Part shown: piece by piece, positions 32,980 through 35,278 of the stretch
Position numbering within the stretch: position 1 is the first letter of the stretch
Layout: each line of letters starts with the position of its first letter
Source of the DNA: a virus
Virus record (IMG/VR): IMGVR_UViG_3300027848_000003
Strand: one strand, 5' to 3'
DNA length: 35,278 bases
Program-made: the position numbers and the translations under genes
The notes under the pieces: model-generated
What the model saw: the letters and a program-made list of their open reading frames with translations, nothing else
Told to the model about the DNA's origin: nothing
The model's database searches: none

Positions 32980-35278
32980 ATGAGTTTAATAACACTTCAG
33001 GAACAGGTAAACGCGATTCAGCTTAGGGTTGATGCGCTACAGGAGATTGAAAATCTAACGGTGCGCGCTGCTGCGGATGGCTCGGAGTACATTGTGGTAA
33101 ATGTAGCTGGGCTTGATTATAAAATGCTGGGGAATGTTTTGTTCGGCAATCGGTTTGTGGCAAAAGTAGCAGATTATACTTTAGCGGTAGCGGATAAAAA
33201 CTCTACCATACTATTTAGGGGCGATGACCTTACTATGACTATCCCCAACTCTTTAGGGATGCAAATAGGCGATAAAATAAGGGCAATAACCTACGGAACA
33301 GGCTTTGCCTTTGGGGGCAGCGTTACCACTATTTCACCTGCCTTAACCTATGGAAATGGGATGGTTTACGATATTGTGAAAACTGATACCGATGAATTTA
33401 GTATTGTGCAAATTGGAGCAGCAGATTTTACAGTAGATGTAGAACACGTATCGCTTGCGGGAACAGATAGCACTAGAACCTATGAACGTAGACTTATTGA
33501 TAAATTAAATAGTAGAACGGCTGTTGTAATTGACAGACCAAGAAAATATATTATTTCTGGTTCGGTTGGTTACACGTATATAAGAGAAGAATATTGGCAC
33601 GAAGCAGGGGCAGGGACTTTTGGAACATTAGAAACACAATTTCCAACAACCCAAGACGCGTCTAATGTTGGATTAATCAATCGAACGGTTCTTGAAACGG
33701 TTGGAGATCCAAACGATTTAGCCGTAGCAACCAGTATTGAGGATTCTATAAATAGCGGAGGTGAATACCTTACGACGGTTAGGCGAATTTTCAGAAGAAC
33801 TATTGGTGGTGTTGAAAAAACTTATTTCTATTTAGGTGTTCAAGAAATAATTGGAGGTACAAATACTGATGTTATTGCAGCAGATTTTGAGGATATAACA
33901 AGCGATGGCACAACGCCAACAGGAACAACGCCAACAATGGCTGCAGAATACGTTTCTTTACTTGCAGCTGCCGATGTAAAATTGAGCAACCCTTTAGGCT
34001 TTAGATTTAATACGAGAACGCCCAACACGCAAGACACTTTTACGATTGGCACATACGCTTTAAACGGGAAAGCAGAAGGCGTCATTGACACAACGGGTAA
34101 GACTGAATTTCCTAAAGTACAAGGGCTATGGCTCTTTACAATTTCAGGAACGGGAGGAACAGCCACTTTAACTATTGGAGCTTTTGACTATACAATTACT
34201 TTTGACACAGATGAAGATACTACTGTTTCAGCATTTGTAACAGCACAGGCAGCTACTATTTTGGCAGATACGGGATTTGTAGTTACAGGCGATGGTGATG
34301 TCTTAGTGCTTTTAGGAAGTAGCACAGCTGATGTATCAATTGCAAATTTAACGGTAGATTTAGATGGTAGCATATCGAGTGGCAGCAAGCCTATCAAGTA
34401 TATGGGATTCACTCAATTTCAAGCCGACAAACTTTATGATATTTATTTGCGCTATGACGGCTTTTATATTAATGTAGAATTTAAGCTGCGGGAAATTTTA
34501 AAAAATCTGCAATACGCTTGGAATGCCAACACAATCCTAAAAGCAATCCACAATGCCGCCACAATCTTTACAGAAGGATTTACCACAACGATTAATCCAA
34601 ACACCCAAACGTATCAAGACAATTTTGAGGGCTTCTTAGACAACAGCGGAGGGGCAGCAGACGCAAGCATAGTTTGCACGGCAGCAGCGGGATGGACTTA
34701 TAGTGTAAATGGAGCAGCGGCGGTAGCAAGTGGCACATTTACAATAGACGCAAAAGGACTATGCTACATAGCTCGAAAATTAGGTACTAACCTTATAAAA
34801 ATAAATATTGCTACTGCTACAGATACAGTTTATGATGATACTGATGTGTTGAAAGATGCTGATACAGTTAGCCCTGTTACTGGGGTAAATAAACTAATCA
34901 CCCAAGCAGATGTAACTGGTGGTGGTGATATGTCTAAATCTACTTATGATATTACAAATAATGGTATAGTAGATGATTCTGAAAAAGTTAATGGTTTAAC
35001 AGTACAGACAGCAGTACCGTTAGGTGCAGTATTTACAGATACAGATACAGTATATGATGATACTGCAATACAAGCAGAAGTTGATTTAAACACAGTTAAA
35101 GAAACGAACATTGCTCACCCTTTAGTAGAAACTGCTGTTCCAGTTGGAGCGGTATTTACAGATACAGATACAGTATATGATGATACTGCAATACAAGCAG
35201 AAGTTGATTTAAACACAGTTAAAGAAACGAACATTGCTCACCCTTTAGTAGAAACTGCTGTTCCAGTTGGAGCGGTAT
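32980..35278 (+). CDS. Tail fiber protein, N-terminal part (continues at base 83 of the window; about 1199 aa in total)
   Basis: ATG at 32980 and frame 1 open to the window end with no stop, which is why it is absent from the ORF track. It ends in TDTVYDD-containing 41-aa tandem repeats that continue at 1..1383. Confidence 0.8.
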   Translation, partial: MSLITLQEQVNAIQLRVDALQEIENLTVRAAADGSEYIVVNVAGLDYKMLGNVLFGNRFVAKVADYTLAVADKNSTILFRGDDLTMTIPNSLGMQIGDKIRAITYGTGFAFGGSVTTISPALTYGNGMVYDIVKTDTDEFSIVQIGAADFTVDVEHVSLAGTDSTRTYERRLIDKLNSRTAVVIDRPRKYIISGSVGYTYIREEYWHEAGAGTFGTLETQFPTTQDASNVGLINRTVLETVGDPNDLAVATSIEDSINSGGEYLTTVRRIFRRTIGGVEKTYFYLGVQEIIGGTNTDVIAADFEDITSDGTTPTGTTPTMAAEYVSLLAAADVKLSNPLGFRFNTRTPNTQDTFTIGTYALNGKAEGVIDTTGKTEFPKVQGLWLFTISGTGGTATLTIGAFDYTITFDTDEDTTVSAFVTAQAATILADTGFVVTGDGDVLVLLGSSTADVSIANLTVDLDGSISSGSKPIKYMGFTQFQADKLYDIYLRYDGFYINVEFKLREILKNLQYAWNANTILKAIHNAATIFTEGFTTTINPNTQTYQDNFEGFLDNSGGAADASIVCTAAAGWTYSVNGAAAVASGTFTIDAKGLCYIARKLGTNLIKINIATATDTVYDDTDVLKDADTVSPVTGVNKLITQADVTGGGDMSKSTYDITNNGIVDDSEKVNGLTVQTAVPLGAVFTDTDTVYDDTAIQAEVDLNTVKETNIAHPLVETAVPVGAVFTDTDTVYDDTAIQAEVDLNTVKETNIAHPLVETAVPVGAV
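35011..35278 (+). repeat. In-frame tandem repeat, 123-nt (41-aa) unit: partial copy 35011..35073, full copy 35074..35196, copy truncated by the window end 35197..35278
   Basis: Direct comparison shows 35074..35155 is identical to 35197..35278 and to 1..82. Shorter TDTVYDD motifs also occur at about 34821. Confidence 0.95.

Overview
The window appears to be a complete, circularly closed genome of a siphovirus-type tailed phage. Bases 1..82 are identical to 35197..35278 in the same codon phase, so the unique length is about 35.2 kb. The likely host is a Bacteroidota (Flavobacteriia-like) bacterium: the DNA is AT-rich by eye, there are almost no Shine-Dalgarno sequences, TAnnTTTG-type -7 boxes sit in the few intergenic gaps, and there is a DUF3987-type primase and a BspA/DUF285 repeat protein. 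The contig break lies inside a 123-nt tandem repeat of the tail fiber gene.

Gene order:
- 32980..35278 joined to 1..1383: tail fiber.
- 1387..4911: FN3 protein, an inserted BspA-like cassette, then the lysis cassette (holin-like protein, TM/coiled-coil protein, GH19 endolysin, lipoprotein).
- 5035..7064, minus strand: a leftward block of small early genes, including an HTH protein and a secreted beta-barrel-like protein.
- 7065..7206: divergent promoter region.
- 8007..9554: recombination module (Rad52/Sak-like annealing protein, PD-(D/E)XK exonuclease, SSB-like protein ending DEEDDLPF).
- 9611..9849: TTGCAAC iteron cluster with an AT-only core.
- 10226..14054: prim-pol/DUF3987 replicase, a VRR-NUC-like nuclease and small genes.
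- 14416..16057: ParB-like protein plus an ABC-ATPase fused to a GNAT domain through a frameshift.
- 16075..32796: TerS, TerL, portal, prohead protease, HK97-type capsid, connectors, major tail protein, G/GT chaperones, tape measure and two large distal tail proteins.

I saw no integrase, tRNA, rRNA or CRISPR array.

Most interesting observations:
- The ParB / ABC-ATPase~GNAT module, whose GNAT half has no start codon and is reachable only by a -1 shift at a T9 run.
- A portal gene with no canonical start, separated by an in-frame TAA from a Cys-rich upstream ORF.
- A putative origin or centromere-like iteron array.
- A 60-nt duplication of the holin gene 5' end bracketing a BspA-like cassette that also carries a 21-nt tail-fiber hinge fragment.
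- A reverse-oriented membrane-protein gene with its own promoter box inside the tail module.
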